Positions 10,662 to 22,285 of a stretch of DNA of 64,000 bases are shown here, piece after piece (the stretch's first letter is position 1; each line of letters opens with the position of its first letter). The stretch is from the NCBI GenBank assembly GCA_002937855.1, contig PTKS01000005.1, positions 64,230 through 128,229 on the forward strand, given 5' to 3'. Below the pieces are notes generated by a model. That model was not told the DNA's origin, ran no database searches, and was given only the letters and a program-made list of their open reading frames with translations. The position numbers and the translations under genes were made by a program. Source of the DNA: Alphaproteobacteria bacterium MarineAlpha5_Bin12 (GTDB lineage Bacteria; Pseudomonadota; Alphaproteobacteria; HIMB59; GCA-002718135).

Positions 10662-11789
10662 ATGAATAATAGTATACGTTTACTTCAGGTTTTACCCACC
10701 CTTAACTCTGGTGGCTTAGAAAGAGGAGCCATAGATATTGCTGAAGGTATATCAAAGCTAGGAAATATTTCTCTAGTTGCCTCTAATGGAGGAAGATTAG
10801 TAAATCAATTAGAACAAAAAGGAATTCAGCATCTTAAAATACCAGTTCATTCAAAAAATCCATTTACAATATATAAAAATATTTCAGTTTTAAAAAAAAT
10901 TATAGCTAATAAAAAAATAAATATAATTCATACAAGATCCAGAGCTCCAGCATGGTCAAGTTATTTTGCAAGTAAAAAGCTAATAAGGTCAGTATCCACT
11001 TATCATAATGCTTATAATTACAATAATAATTTTAAAAAAATATATAATTCAGGTTTAGGAAAGATGGATAAAGTAATTGCAATATCAAATTTTGTTAAAA
11101 ATAAAATTATTAAAAGTTATAACATACCAGAAAATAAAATAGATGTAATATATAGAGGTATTGATCAAAAAATATTTAATCTAGAAGAAATAAATAGAGA
11201 TATAATTCAAAGTTTTAAACAAAAATATAAGATTGTTTCTGATAAAAATATTGTTTTATTTCCAGGAAGACTAACTTCATGGAAAGGGCAAATTGAGTTT
11301 TTAGAAGTGCTCAAAAAGATAGAAAGAAATGACGTTTTTTGTTATTTTGTAGGTGATAATAAAAATACAAGTTATTCACAAAAACTTTTTAAATCAATTA
11401 AAAATTATAATTTAGAAAACAAATGTAAAATTTTGGGAAATATTGATGATATGAAAGTAATGTATAGTATTTCAAATATTGTCGTTAATGGTTCGCAGTA
11501 TCCAGAGGGTTTTGGTCGAGTTATTGCGGAAGCTATGAGTATGGGTAAACCAGTTATAGCATATAATCATGGTGCAGCCCCAGAATTGCTTGAAATTTAC
11601 AATGATAAATTCAAGATACCCTTAAATGATTGTCCAAAAATGATTGAGTCAATTAATGAAATTTTAAATATGCCTGAAGATTCAAAAAAAGAATTAGCAC
11701 TTAAATCATACGAATTTGTCAAAAAAAACTTTACTATAGAAGACATGATATCAAAAACATTTAATTTATATCAAAATTTGCTTAAATAA
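10662..11789 (+). CDS. Glycosyltransferase family 4 (GT-B, RfaB-like)
   Basis: 375 aa. N-terminal SGGLERGA and C-terminal EGFGRVIAEAMSMGKPVIA (E-x7-E region). Confidence 0.75.
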   Translation: MNNSIRLLQVLPTLNSGGLERGAIDIAEGISKLGNISLVASNGGRLVNQLEQKGIQHLKIPVHSKNPFTIYKNISVLKKIIANKKINIIHTRSRAPAWSSYFASKKLIRSVSTYHNAYNYNNNFKKIYNSGLGKMDKVIAISNFVKNKIIKSYNIPENKIDVIYRGIDQKIFNLEEINRDIIQSFKQKYKIVSDKNIVLFPGRLTSWKGQIEFLEVLKKIERNDVFCYFVGDNKNTSYSQKLFKSIKNYNLENKCKILGNIDDMKVMYSISNIVVNGSQYPEGFGRVIAEAMSMGKPVIAYNHGAAPELLEIYNDKFKIPLNDCPKMIESINEILNMPEDSKKELALKSYEFVKKNFTIEDMISKTFNLYQNLLK

Positions 11790-11794
11790 GTTTT

Positions 11795-12727
11795 ATGAAT
11801 AAAAAAATAATGATTATTAAGCATGGTTCTTTGGGCGATATAATTCTATCTCTTGGGGCTATAAAATCAATAAAAATGTATTTTAATGATTGTAAAATAT
11901 ATTTATTAACTTCTTCAAAATATTATGATTTAATGAAAAATTGTCCATATATCGATAAAATTATTATTGATGATAGAAATCCAATATATTTTTTTTTAAA
12001 AAATGTGGATTTAGCAAAAAAAATTTTTAAACACAATTTTCATTATATAATTGATCTTCAAAATTCTAAACGAACTTTTTTTTATAATATTTTATTTAGA
12101 TTATTTTCAAAAAGTATTATTTCAAGTTCTAGACCCATGGCTCATTTAAGATATACTATTCCTCCCCAAGGATATGAACATGTCACTACAGGATTAAAAA
12201 ATCAATTACATTTAATGAAAATAAAAAAATTTTATGAACCTGATATAGAGTGGCTTTCAAGTTCAAATGTTAATAATATTAAATTTGATAATTCATACGT
12301 AGTCATTATTCCTGGAACTTCAAAAAGAGGAGAAAAAAAAAGATGGCCGTCAGATAAATATGCAAAATTGACAAAATTTTTAATTGAAAAAGATTTATCT
12401 GTCGTAATAGTTGGAAATAAAAGTGATTATGAATCCGCACGACCAATTTTTGAAATGTGTCCTAAAGCATATAATTTAATTGATAAATCTCCGCCAGAAA
12501 TATTATATTCTCTAGCAAAAAATGCGAAATTTATTATTTCTAATGATACCGGACCAGCTCTTCTGGTCTCTTTATCGAGAACTCCTGTAGTATGGTTAGT
12601 AAATGAAAATGCGGTGTCTCTTTCAAATAAACCTATAGGAAAAATAATTAAAATATCTTCTAATTCAATACGAGATATAACTGTCGAAAAAGTTAAGGAA
12701 ATAGTTTTAAAAGAAAATTTAATTTAA
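11795..12727 (+). CDS. Glycosyltransferase family 9 (heptosyltransferase-like)
   Basis: 310 aa. N-terminal IIKHGSLGDIILS, K(R)WP motif RWPSDKY, C-terminal SNDTGPA. Confidence 0.7.
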   Translation: MNKKIMIIKHGSLGDIILSLGAIKSIKMYFNDCKIYLLTSSKYYDLMKNCPYIDKIIIDDRNPIYFFLKNVDLAKKIFKHNFHYIIDLQNSKRTFFYNILFRLFSKSIISSSRPMAHLRYTIPPQGYEHVTTGLKNQLHLMKIKKFYEPDIEWLSSSNVNNIKFDNSYVVIIPGTSKRGEKKRWPSDKYAKLTKFLIEKDLSVVIVGNKSDYESARPIFEMCPKAYNLIDKSPPEILYSLAKNAKFIISNDTGPALLVSLSRTPVVWLVNENAVSLSNKPIGKIIKISSNSIRDITVEKVKEIVLKENLI

Positions 12728-13771
12728 GTCTGTTAGTATTTCTTTATTAATTTCATTAATACCAAAAACGAGTTTTTGATGTTTAGTTTTCCATGGCATA
12801 TATTCCGTATAAATATATTCAGGTAAATTATCATTATCATATATTACTGTAACATATTTATTTAATCCGGCCGCTACATGTACACACCCTCCTTCAGGTG
12901 TAATTATTCTATCTGAATTATTAATAATATATAGCCAATCTTCATATTTAAAATAATCTAATACAAAAATATTTGTTTTTGAAATTTTTTTATTAAATTG
13001 TTCTAAATTTACAAAATCTAATATTTGTAACTTGTTATAGTTATTAGTTAATTTATAAAAATTTTTATCTTCATATTTTTCAGTTGTTAAAAAAATTAGA
13101 TAATCTTGATTTAAATTAATATTTTCTATTAATATTTTTAAATTTTCTAGAGTATAATATTTGTTTAACCATCTATTAGATAAGTGTAAAGTAATTATTT
13201 TTTTGGAAAGATAATTTAATTTTATTTTTGTATTTGGCAAAATTGGAATTTCTAAATTTTCATAATTAAATGACCTGTTAAATGTTTTTTCTATTAATGC
13301 ATACATCATTTTTGTTTGATGAAAATCTAAATTATTTTTAAATAATTTATTTCTATTAACTAAAATAATATGATTACAAAAAATTTTTGAGAGAAAATGA
13401 ATAAATATTTTAGAAAATTTATTTTTATACCTACTTTTAAGTATTAAAGTTGATTTATTTTTTGAATTAGAAAAAAAACATAAAAAATAACTAAGATTGG
13501 TTGGTGAAAAATTTACAAATAAATCAAATGATCTCTTCCTGATTTTTTTTAATATTTCATCATTTTTCCATAATTTATTTTTTTTATCTATAACAATCAT
13601 TTCATCAATCAATTCAGATTCTTTTAAAACCTTAGAATTTATAGGTGAAACTAATAAAGTGATTTTGCTATTAGGGAATTCCTTCCTAATTGATCTTAAA
13701 ATTGGAGTTGTCATAATTAAATCTCCAATTTTATCTATGCGACAAATACAAATTTCTTTTATTTCTCTCAT
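12719..13771 (-). CDS. Glycosyltransferase family 9-like protein
   Basis: 350 aa. N-terminal RIDKIGDLIMTTP resembles the GT9 N-terminus, and TPEGGCVHVAAG is the C-terminal motif region. Divergent. Confidence 0.55.
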   Translation of the reverse strand: MREIKEICICRIDKIGDLIMTTPILRSIRKEFPNSKITLLVSPINSKVLKESELIDEMIVIDKKNKLWKNDEILKKIRKRSFDLFVNFSPTNLSYFLCFFSNSKNKSTLILKSRYKNKFSKIFIHFLSKIFCNHIILVNRNKLFKNNLDFHQTKMMYALIEKTFNRSFNYENLEIPILPNTKIKLNYLSKKIITLHLSNRWLNKYYTLENLKILIENINLNQDYLIFLTTEKYEDKNFYKLTNNYNKLQILDFVNLEQFNKKISKTNIFVLDYFKYEDWLYIINNSDRIITPEGGCVHVAAGLNKYVTVIYDNDNLPEYIYTEYMPWKTKHQKLVFGINEINKEILTDLN

Positions 13772-13826
13772 TTTTTACTTTAATAATGTTATTACTACAT
13801 ATAAATAATCTCAGTAGAAACAAATA

Positions 13827-15737
13827 ATGATTAATATCACTTTACCAGATGGATCAATAAAGAAATATAGCGAAGTTGTTAGTGGGCTCAAAATAGCTGA
13901 GTCTATTAGCCAAAGTTTAGCAAAAAATTCTTTGGTCATAAAAATCAATAATAAACTTCAAGATCTGTCAATTAATATTGATTATGATTGTAGTGTAGAA
14001 ATAATAACTAAAAAATCACCCGAAGCCCTAGATATTATTAGACATGATGCAGCGCATGTAATGGCTGAAGCTGTCCAAGAGATTTTTCCAAAAACTAAAG
14101 TTGCAATTGGACCCACTATAAAAGATGGTTTTTATTATGATTTTGATAGTGATGTATCTTTTTCTCCTGATGATTTCAAAAAAATAGAGAAAAAGATGAG
14201 TCAAATTATAAAGAGAAATAATAAATTTGTAAGAGAGATATGGGACAGAAAAAAAGCTTTGAAGTTTTTTGAAGATAAAAATGAAATATATAAAGTTGAA
14301 ATTATTAAATCTTTAAATGAAGATGAAGACTTAACAATATACAAACAAGGTGAATGGGTTGATTTATGTAGAGGTCCTCACTCGATATCAACAGGTTTTA
14401 TAAATTATTCCTTCAAAATTATGAAAATAGCAGGCGCATATTGGAGAGGAAATTCAAAAAATAAAATGCTGCAAAGAATATATGCAACTGCATGGATTAA
14501 AGAAAATGATTTAATTGACTACATAAACCGAATAACTGAAGCAGAAAAAAGAGATCATCGTAAACTTGGCAATGAGTTAGAACTTTTTCATATCCAAGAA
14601 GAATCTATAGGAAATATTTTTTGGCATCCCAAAGGGTGGACATTGTATAGAATTTGCCAAGAGTATATGAGAAAAAAACTCAATCAGTCAAATTATAAAG
14701 AAGTTAGGACTCCATCACTAATTGATAAAAGATTGTGGGAAGAGTCAGGTCATTGGGAAAAATTTAGAGAAAATATGTTTATTACTCAAGGTGAGGATGA
14801 AAAACCCATGGCTTTAAAGCCAATGAATTGTCCTGCCCATGTACAAATCTTTAAACAAGGAATAAAAAGCTATCGAGATCTTCCTTATAGAATGTCAGAA
14901 TTTGGAAGCTGTCATAGAAATGAACCCTCAGGATCATTGCACGGGTTAATGAGGGTTAGAGGATTTACGCAGGATGACGCACATATTTTTTGTACTAAAG
15001 ATCAAATTAATTCAGAAACAGAAAGTTTTTGTAAACTTCTTACAGAAATTTATAATGATTTTGGATTTACAAAAATAAATATTAGATTTGCTGATAGACC
15101 AGAAAAACGAGCAGGGGATGACAGTACTTGGGACCAAGCAGAAAATGCGCTTGAGAATGCTATAAAAGCAATAGACCTTCCTTATCAGAAAGACCCCGGT
15201 GGTGGGGCTTTTTATGGTCCTAAGCTTGATTTTGTATTAACTGATACTTTAGGTCGAGAATGGCAATGTGGGACATTACAAGTTGATTTTGTTTTGCCAG
15301 AACGTTTAGATGCCTCTTATATTGATGAAAGAGGTTCAAAAGTAAGACCAGTAATGCTTCATAGAGCTATTTTAGGTTCTATGGAAAGATTTATTGGAGT
15401 TTTAATGGAAAGCACAGGTGGAAAGTTTCCTTTGTGGCTGGCACCTATACAGATAATGATAACAAATATTTCTGAAGAATCTATAGAATATGCCAAAAAA
15501 ATACATGAAATCTGTATTAATAGAAATTTAAGAGCTGAAATAGATATACGAAATGAACAACTAAATTATAAGATTAGGGAGCATAGTAATAAAAAAATAC
15601 CAATAATACTGGTAGTTGGAAGAAATGAAATGAAAGATCAGAATGTTTCAATTAGAAGGTTGGGTTCTGAAAAGCAAGAGATTGTAACATTAAAAAAAGC
15701 TATTGATGAAATTGAAAATGCATCGTATATGCCTTAA
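13827..15737 (+). CDS. thrS: Threonine--tRNA ligase
   Basis: 636 aa with TGS N-terminus. Class II motifs including CRGPH, FHIQEE, HRNEPSG and RGFTQDDAHIF. thrS-infC-rpmI-rplT synteny. Confidence 0.97.
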   Translation: MINITLPDGSIKKYSEVVSGLKIAESISQSLAKNSLVIKINNKLQDLSINIDYDCSVEIITKKSPEALDIIRHDAAHVMAEAVQEIFPKTKVAIGPTIKDGFYYDFDSDVSFSPDDFKKIEKKMSQIIKRNNKFVREIWDRKKALKFFEDKNEIYKVEIIKSLNEDEDLTIYKQGEWVDLCRGPHSISTGFINYSFKIMKIAGAYWRGNSKNKMLQRIYATAWIKENDLIDYINRITEAEKRDHRKLGNELELFHIQEESIGNIFWHPKGWTLYRICQEYMRKKLNQSNYKEVRTPSLIDKRLWEESGHWEKFRENMFITQGEDEKPMALKPMNCPAHVQIFKQGIKSYRDLPYRMSEFGSCHRNEPSGSLHGLMRVRGFTQDDAHIFCTKDQINSETESFCKLLTEIYNDFGFTKINIRFADRPEKRAGDDSTWDQAENALENAIKAIDLPYQKDPGGGAFYGPKLDFVLTDTLGREWQCGTLQVDFVLPERLDASYIDERGSKVRPVMLHRAILGSMERFIGVLMESTGGKFPLWLAPIQIMITNISEESIEYAKKIHEICINRNLRAEIDIRNEQLNYKIREHSNKKIPIILVVGRNEMKDQNVSIRRLGSEKQEIVTLKKAIDEIENASYMP

Positions 15738-15802
15738 TTACTAGACAATTATAATTTTTTCTGGTGAATTAGTCTAAATTTAATGAAAGAGATAAAAAAA
15801 AT

Positions 15803-16336
15803 TTGAATTTTCATTTTAAGTCAAAAAAAAATTCTGGACCAAGAATAAATGAAAGAATTGCGTCTCCTGAAGTAAGAGTTATTGGCGCAGATGGCAAACA
15901 GTTAGGTGTCTTATCAATCAGACAAGCTTTGAATGAGGCTGAACAAGCAGGTTTTGACTTAGTTGAAATTTCCCCTGAAGCTAAACCACCAGTATGTAAA
16001 ATCATTGATTATGGTAAATTAAAATACAAAGAGCAGAAGAAAAAAAATCAAGCGAAAAAGAAGCAAAAAACTATTGAAGTAAAAGAAATTAAAATAAGAC
16101 CAGGAATAGAAAAACATGACTATGATGTTAAAATGCGTGCATTATCAAAATTTATTGATGGGGGAAATAAGGTCAAAGTAACAATGCGATTTAGAGGAAG
16201 AGAGATGGAACATCAACATCTTGGCTTTGAGCTCCTTAAAAAACTAGAAGATGATGTTGTTGATATTGCAAAAATTGAGGTACCGCCTAAAACGTACGGC
16301 AAGCAAATTATGATGGTATTAGTACCAAATAAATAG
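15803..16336 (+). CDS. infC: Translation initiation factor IF-3
   Basis: 177 aa. INERI..PEVRVIG.DG.QLGV and DLVEISP..KPPVCKI motifs. The track start is TTG, and the exact non-ATG start is uncertain. Confidence 0.9.
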   Translation: MNFHFKSKKNSGPRINERIASPEVRVIGADGKQLGVLSIRQALNEAEQAGFDLVEISPEAKPPVCKIIDYGKLKYKEQKKKNQAKKKQKTIEVKEIKIRPGIEKHDYDVKMRALSKFIDGGNKVKVTMRFRGREMEHQHLGFELLKKLEDDVVDIAKIEVPPKTYGKQIMMVLVPNK

Positions 16337-16402
16337 TTTTATCACTATTGTGTTTTAAAAATTATTTGTTATAAACCTTAAAAATTTAAAATTATAAAAA
16401 TC

Positions 16403-16603
16403 ATGCCAAAATTAAAAACAAAAAGTAGTTTAAAAAAAAGATTTTCTAGAACAGGTAGTGGCAAATTAAAGATGTCATCTTCTGGTAAAAGGCATGGAAT
16501 GAGCAAAAGAAGTAAAAAATTTATTAGGAATACACGTGGTATGAAAATAATGTCTTCGCGTGATATGGCACGTATAGATCATATGTTACCGTACGATAAA
16601 TAA
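16403..16603 (+). CDS. rpmI: 50S ribosomal protein L35
   Basis: 66 aa. [12 protein letters not shown] start, basic composition, synteny. Confidence 0.9.
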   Translation: MPKLKTKSSLKKRFSRTGSGKLKMSSSGKRHGMSKRSKKFIRNTRGMKIMSSRDMARIDHMLPYDK

Positions 16604-16614
16604 AAGAGATTAAC

Positions 16615-16968
16615 ATGGCAAGAGTTTCAAGAGGAGTTACAGCAAAAGCAAAACATAAAAAGGTTTTTAAAAAAGCCAAAGGTCACTATGGAAGAAGAAA
16701 AAATGTTTTTCGTGTAGCAGTTCAAAGTGTTGAGCGATCTATGCAATATGCATATAGAGATAGAAGAAATAAAAAAAGAGACTTTAGAGGGCTTTGGATA
16801 CAAAGAATTAATGCTGGCGCACGCCTATATGGTATTACCTATTCTAAATTAATAAATGGTTTAAAAAAATCTCAAATTGATATTGATAGAAAGATTTTAG
16901 CTAATATTGCGGTAAATTACCCTGATACCTTTAAAGCTTTAGTGGAAAAAGCTCAATCTACTCGATAA
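16615..16968 (+). CDS. rplT: 50S ribosomal protein L20
   Basis: 117 aa. MARV(S/K)RGV..K..HKK start and YAYRDRR motif. Confidence 0.95.
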   Translation: MARVSRGVTAKAKHKKVFKKAKGHYGRRKNVFRVAVQSVERSMQYAYRDRRNKKRDFRGLWIQRINAGARLYGITYSKLINGLKKSQIDIDRKILANIAVNYPDTFKALVEKAQSTR

Positions 16969-17003
16969 ATCTTATAATTTAATTTATAACTATTTTTGTA
17001 GAA

Positions 17004-18068
17004 ATGGATTTTTCAAAAATTGAAAAAGATACTTTAGAGCAAATTAATTCAATCAAAAATTTAGATGAATTGGAAAAAATTCGCTTGTCTTATTTAGGTA
17101 AAAAAGGGTTAATTTCACAGGAAATGAAAAATCTTGTTAATTTAGAAATTGACGAAAAAAAAGAATTGGGCAAAAAACTCAACACATTAAAAAATTTAAT
17201 CCAAAATAAAATTGAATCAAAAAGAATTGAAATACAAAATATAGATTTAAATAAAAAGATGTTAGATGAAAAACTTGATTTAACATTGCCTCCAAGAAAT
17301 TATTCAAATGGAAAAATTCATCCAATTAGTCAGACAATTAATAGTGTAATTAATATATTTTCAGGAATGGGATTCAGCGTGGCAGATGGACCAGATATTG
17401 AAACTGATTTTCATAATTTTACTGCTCTGAACATACCACCTAACCATCCTGCAAGAGAAATGCAAGATACTTTCTATATTACTAATGAAAAAAATAAGGA
17501 AAAATTAGTTTTAAGAACTCATACAAGTCCAGTTCAAATTAGAACAATGATGAACAAAGAACCTCCTATTAAAATCATTGTACCTGGAAGAACTTATAGA
17601 TGTGATTCTGACTCAACACATTCCCCAATGTTTCATCAATGTGAAGGTCTCTTGATTGATAAAGATTCTAATATGGCACATCTAAAAGGATGTTTAATAG
17701 ATTTTTTAAAGAACTTTTTTGAATTGGATGAATTAAAATTTCGCTTTAGACCAAGTTATTTTCCTTTTACAGAGCCTAGTGCCGAAATGGATATAGCATA
17801 TCGGAAAGAAAAAAATACCTTTAAATTTGGTGAAGGTGAGGATTGGTTAGAAATATTAGGATGTGGAATGGTTAATCCTATAGTTTTGGAAAATTGTGGA
17901 ATTGATTCCAAAAACTATAAAGGATTCGCTTTTGGACTTGGTATAGAAAGAATTGCAATGCTAAAATATGGTATAGCTGATTTAAGAAGCTTTTTTGAAA
18001 CAGATCTTAGATGGATAAAACATTATGGCTTTAATCCTTTGAACTTAACTTCAAAAAGTGGGCTATAA
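17004..18068 (+). CDS. pheS: Phenylalanine--tRNA ligase alpha subunit
   Basis: 354 aa. HPARE(M)QDTFY, LRTHTSPVQIR, FRPSYFPFTEPS and GLGIERIAML motifs. Confidence 0.95.
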   Translation: MDFSKIEKDTLEQINSIKNLDELEKIRLSYLGKKGLISQEMKNLVNLEIDEKKELGKKLNTLKNLIQNKIESKRIEIQNIDLNKKMLDEKLDLTLPPRNYSNGKIHPISQTINSVINIFSGMGFSVADGPDIETDFHNFTALNIPPNHPAREMQDTFYITNEKNKEKLVLRTHTSPVQIRTMMNKEPPIKIIVPGRTYRCDSDSTHSPMFHQCEGLLIDKDSNMAHLKGCLIDFLKNFFELDELKFRFRPSYFPFTEPSAEMDIAYRKEKNTFKFGEGEDWLEILGCGMVNPIVLENCGIDSKNYKGFAFGLGIERIAMLKYGIADLRSFFETDLRWIKHYGFNPLNLTSKSGL

Positions 18069-20473
18069 TGAAATTCACTTTATCTTGGTTAAAAGATTAC
18101 TTGAATACAAATTCAGAGATTGCTAAAATCTCTGACACACTTACAAATATTGGTTTGGAAGTTGAAAATATTTCAGATAGAACTGAGGAACTTCATCCTT
18201 TTACTGTTGCATACGTTAAAAATGCTAAGAAACATCCTAATGCAGATCGTTTAAAAGTATGCCAAGTTGAAACAAAAATAGGAACAGTTCAAGTTGTCTG
18301 TGGAGCTCCAAATGCACGAACTGGCATGAAGGGTATTTTTGCTCCTGAAGGAAGTTTTATTCCTGGAACTGGAATTACATTAAAAAAATCAAAAATTAGA
18401 GATGTTGAGTCTTCAGGTATGTTAGTTTCTGAAAAAGAAATGGGTATATCAGAAGAGCATGATGGTATTATTGAGGTTGATAATTCTCATAAAATTGGAG
18501 AACCTTTTTCAAAAATATATTCACTTGATGATCCAATTTTCGAAATAGCTATAACACCAAATAGAGGTGATTGTTTATCTGTAAGAGGAATTAGTCGTGA
18601 TCTTGCAGCTGCAGGTATAGGAAAATTAAAAAATATCAAAAAATATTTTCATAATGGAAAATTTGAAAGTCCTATTAAATGGAAAAGAGATTTTAATAAA
18701 AAAAATTCTTTTCTTTGTCCTGCTGTTGCTGGAGTATATTTTAAAGATATAAAGAATGGCCCCAGTCCTGACTGGCTAAAAAATAGACTATTAGCTATTG
18801 GATTAAGACCTATTTCTAAACTTGTAGATATAACAAATTATATTACATATGATCTCGGAAGACCTTTACATGTTTTCGATGCTGATAAAATAAATGGAAA
18901 CCTTAATATGAGATTAGCAAAAAATAATGAGTCAATTAAAGCCTTAGATGGAAAAAATTATAATTTAACAAATGATATGGTGGTAATCTCTGATGATCTA
19001 AAAATACAAGCAATAGGAGGCATTATGGGAGGTGAGGAAAGTAGTTGCACGGAAAGTACAAACAATGTTTTTCTTGAAGTAGCACTATTTGATCCTGAAT
19101 CGGTTGCAAAAACAGGTCGAAAACTTGATATAAAAAGTGATGCTAGATACAGATTTGAGAGAGGTGTTGATCCATATTCTATTGAATGGGGAGTTGAATT
19201 TGCGATAAAAATGATTTTAGAATTATGTGGAGGTGAAGTTAGTAAAATTACTAAAGCTGGAAATCATCAAATTTCAAAAAATAAAATAAAATATGCTTTT
19301 AACAAAGTTCACTTAATTGGAGGAATAGAAATTAATCAACAAAAACAAGTTAAAATTCTCAAAGATTTAGGTTTTGAAATTCAGAAAAAAAATAAAGATA
19401 CTTGTGTCATTTCTGTACCTTATCATAGACCTGATATTAAAGGAGAGGCAGACATAGTTGAAGAAATTTTAAGGATTTATGGGTATGATAAAATTAAACC
19501 CCTATCTGTTCAAAAAGAAAAAAATGATACATCTAATCCATTAAATTCTAATCAAGAAATATATTACAAATCAAGAAGATTAATTTCTTCCAGAGATTAT
19601 TTTGAGGTAGTTACTTGGTCTTTTATGTCAAATAAGTTTGCAAAATATTTTGATCAATATGAAAATATTTTAAAACTAGACAATCCTATAAGTAGTGATT
19701 TAGATGTAATGAGACCTTCAATTCTTCCAAATTTAATCCAGTCAATTATTAAAAATCAGTCTAGAAATTATAAGAGTGCTGGAATATTTGAGGTTGGCCC
19801 TCAATATGAAAATTGTTCTATTGAGGGGCAGCATCTTATGGCTTCAGGGATAAAATATGGAGAGAAATATAAAGAAAATTGGATTGATGAAAAAAGGAAA
19901 GTTGATGTATTCGATATTAAATCAGACATCTATTTTTTCTTATCTTCTCTTAATTTTCCAATTAATAGTTTACAGTTAGAAAATAATGCCCCTAAATGGT
20001 ACCACCCTGGTAAATCCTGTACTATAAAATTAGGCAAAACTCCGCTTGGTTTTTTTGGAGAAATTAGTCCAGTAATTAAAAATTTGTATGATATTAAAAC
20101 AAATGTTTGTGGTTTTGAAATTATGTTAGATAATCTAAGTAACTTTTATTCAAAAAAAATGTTAAAACCTTCAGAATTTATAAATAATCCATACCAAATA
20201 GTTGAAAGAGATTTTGCATTTATTGTTGATAAAAAGATAAAAAGTAATGAAATAGTAGATACGATTAAGAAAACTGTAAAAGATATAGTAATAGATGTGA
20301 TGGTTTTTGATGTATTTGAAGGTAAAAATATAACTGAAGATAAAAAAAGTATAGCTACAAAAGTTGTTTTACAACCAATAAAAGAAACCTTTAAAGAAAA
20401 AGATATTGAAGAAATTTGTATCAATATTGTAAATCAAGTAAAAAAACAAACCGGCGCTTTTATAAGAGAATAA
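18068..20473 (+). CDS. pheT: Phenylalanine--tRNA ligase beta subunit
   Basis: 801 aa. MKF(T)LSWLK start, tRNA-binding domain, B3/4 and B5 domains. TAATG overlap with pheS. Confidence 0.95.
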   Translation: MKFTLSWLKDYLNTNSEIAKISDTLTNIGLEVENISDRTEELHPFTVAYVKNAKKHPNADRLKVCQVETKIGTVQVVCGAPNARTGMKGIFAPEGSFIPGTGITLKKSKIRDVESSGMLVSEKEMGISEEHDGIIEVDNSHKIGEPFSKIYSLDDPIFEIAITPNRGDCLSVRGISRDLAAAGIGKLKNIKKYFHNGKFESPIKWKRDFNKKNSFLCPAVAGVYFKDIKNGPSPDWLKNRLLAIGLRPISKLVDITNYITYDLGRPLHVFDADKINGNLNMRLAKNNESIKALDGKNYNLTNDMVVISDDLKIQAIGGIMGGEESSCTESTNNVFLEVALFDPESVAKTGRKLDIKSDARYRFERGVDPYSIEWGVEFAIKMILELCGGEVSKITKAGNHQISKNKIKYAFNKVHLIGGIEINQQKQVKILKDLGFEIQKKNKDTCVISVPYHRPDIKGEADIVEEILRIYGYDKIKPLSVQKEKNDTSNPLNSNQEIYYKSRRLISSRDYFEVVTWSFMSNKFAKYFDQYENILKLDNPISSDLDVMRPSILPNLIQSIIKNQSRNYKSAGIFEVGPQYENCSIEGQHLMASGIKYGEKYKENWIDEKRKVDVFDIKSDIYFFLSSLNFPINSLQLENNAPKWYHPGKSCTIKLGKTPLGFFGEISPVIKNLYDIKTNVCGFEIMLDNLSNFYSKKMLKPSEFINNPYQIVERDFAFIVDKKIKSNEIVDTIKKTVKDIVIDVMVFDVFEGKNITEDKKSIATKVVLQPIKETFKEKDIEEICINIVNQVKKQTGAFIRE

Positions 20474-20476
20474 TAT

Positions 20477-22279
20477 ATGAAAGATCTTAGTAAGATCAGA
20501 AATTTTTCTATAATAGCTCATATTGATCATGGAAAATCAACATTGGCTGATAGGTTAATTCAATTATGTGGTGGTTTAACTGACAGAGAAATGAAAGAAC
20601 AAGTCTTAGACTCCATGGAAATTGAAAGAGAAAGAGGCATAACAATTAAAGCACAAACAGTTCGATTAGAATATCAATCTAAAGAAGGAAATAAATATAT
20701 ATTAAATTTAATGGATACGCCAGGTCATGTAGATTTTTCCTACGAAGTGTCTAGATCTTTAACAGCATGTGAGGGTTCTTTACTCATAGTAGACTCAACT
20801 CAAGGAGTTCAAGCTCAAACTCTTGCAAATGCCTATCAAGCTATAAATAATGATCATGAAATAATACCTGTACTTAATAAAAAAGATTTACCTGCTTCTG
20901 AACCAGAAAAAGTCAAAAATCAAATTGAAGATATTTTAGGAATAGACTCATCAGAAAGTTGTTTAATCTCTGCTAAAACAGGAGAAGGAGTAAAAGAACT
21001 TTTAGAACAAATAGTTTTAAAAATGCCACCACCCAAAGGAGACTCAAACAAACCTCTAAAAAGTTTGTTAGTTGATTCATGGTTTGACAGTTATCTTGGA
21101 GTGATAGTTCTAGTAAGGGTTATTGATGGAAAGTTATTTAAAGGTCAAAAAATAAGATTTCTAGCAACTGGTGCTACATACACTATAGATAGGGTCGGAA
21201 TTTTTAAACCAAAAACTGATGAGATTGATTTTTTAGGTCCAGGTGAAATTGGTTTTATTAATGCTAATATAAAAAGTGTTTCAGATTGCAGAGTTGGAGA
21301 CACAATTACAGATGAAAAAAAACCAGTAAAAGAGCCACTTGCAGGATTTAAACCATCTCAACCAGTAGTATTTTGTGGAATGTTCCCAGTAGATGCAGGT
21401 GATTTTGATCGATTAAGAGATAGTATGCAAAAACTTTCTTTAAATGATTCAAGTTTTGTTTATGAGGCTGAAGTGAGCCCAGCTTTAGGGCATGGTTTTC
21501 GTTGCGGTTTTTTAGGTTTGTTACACTTAGAAATTATTCAAGAAAGATTAGATAGAGAGTTTGATTTGAATTTAGTTACAACAGCTCCATCAGTAGTTTA
21601 TGAAATTTTATTAAGGGATAATAAAAAAATATCTCTCCATAATCCTACAGATATGCCCAATCCAATGAGTATAGATCATATTAAGGAACCATGGATTAAA
21701 GCTACTATAATAGTTCCTGATGAATATCTTGGACCAATCCTAGAATTGTGTAATGATAGAAGAGGTCAACAAGAAAATCTTACATATGTGAATTCTAGAG
21801 CTATGCTTTCTTATAAATTGCCTTTAAATGAAGTCGTGTTTGATTTTTATGATAGATTAAAATCAATCTCTAAAGGATATGCCAGTTTCGATTATGAAAT
21901 TGTGGGGTTTGAAAAAAATGATTTGGTAAAAGTAAGTATTCTAGTAAATAGTGAAGAAGTTGATGCGTTATCCCTTATAGTTCATAGAGATAGAGCTGAA
22001 AAGCGTGGAAGAGCACTTTGTGTGAGATTAAAAGAATTAATTCCTAGACAACAATTTAAAATTGCAGTTCAAGCTGCAATTGGAGGAAAAATTATTGCAA
22101 GAGAGACTGTTGCGTCTTACAGAAAGGATGTGACTCAAAAACTTTATGGAGGAGATGTTACTAGAAAAATGAAATTGCTTGAAAAACAAAAAAAAGGAAA
22201 AAAAAGAATGAGGCAATTTGGTAAAGTTGATATACCCCAGTCTGCATTTTTAAATGCTTTAAAAACAAGTGAAAATTAA
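20477..22279 (+). CDS. lepA: Elongation factor 4 (LepA)
   Basis: 600 aa. [20 protein letters not shown] and DTPGHVDF GTPase motifs, with the LepA-specific C-terminus. Confidence 0.97.
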   Translation: MKDLSKIRNFSIIAHIDHGKSTLADRLIQLCGGLTDREMKEQVLDSMEIERERGITIKAQTVRLEYQSKEGNKYILNLMDTPGHVDFSYEVSRSLTACEGSLLIVDSTQGVQAQTLANAYQAINNDHEIIPVLNKKDLPASEPEKVKNQIEDILGIDSSESCLISAKTGEGVKELLEQIVLKMPPPKGDSNKPLKSLLVDSWFDSYLGVIVLVRVIDGKLFKGQKIRFLATGATYTIDRVGIFKPKTDEIDFLGPGEIGFINANIKSVSDCRVGDTITDEKKPVKEPLAGFKPSQPVVFCGMFPVDAGDFDRLRDSMQKLSLNDSSFVYEAEVSPALGHGFRCGFLGLLHLEIIQERLDREFDLNLVTTAPSVVYEILLRDNKKISLHNPTDMPNPMSIDHIKEPWIKATIIVPDEYLGPILELCNDRRGQQENLTYVNSRAMLSYKLPLNEVVFDFYDRLKSISKGYASFDYEIVGFEKNDLVKVSILVNSEEVDALSLIVHRDRAEKRGRALCVRLKELIPRQQFKIAVQAAIGGKIIARETVASYRKDVTQKLYGGDVTRKMKLLEKQKKGKKRMRQFGKVDIPQSAFLNALKTSEN

Positions 22280-22285
22280 TTTTAA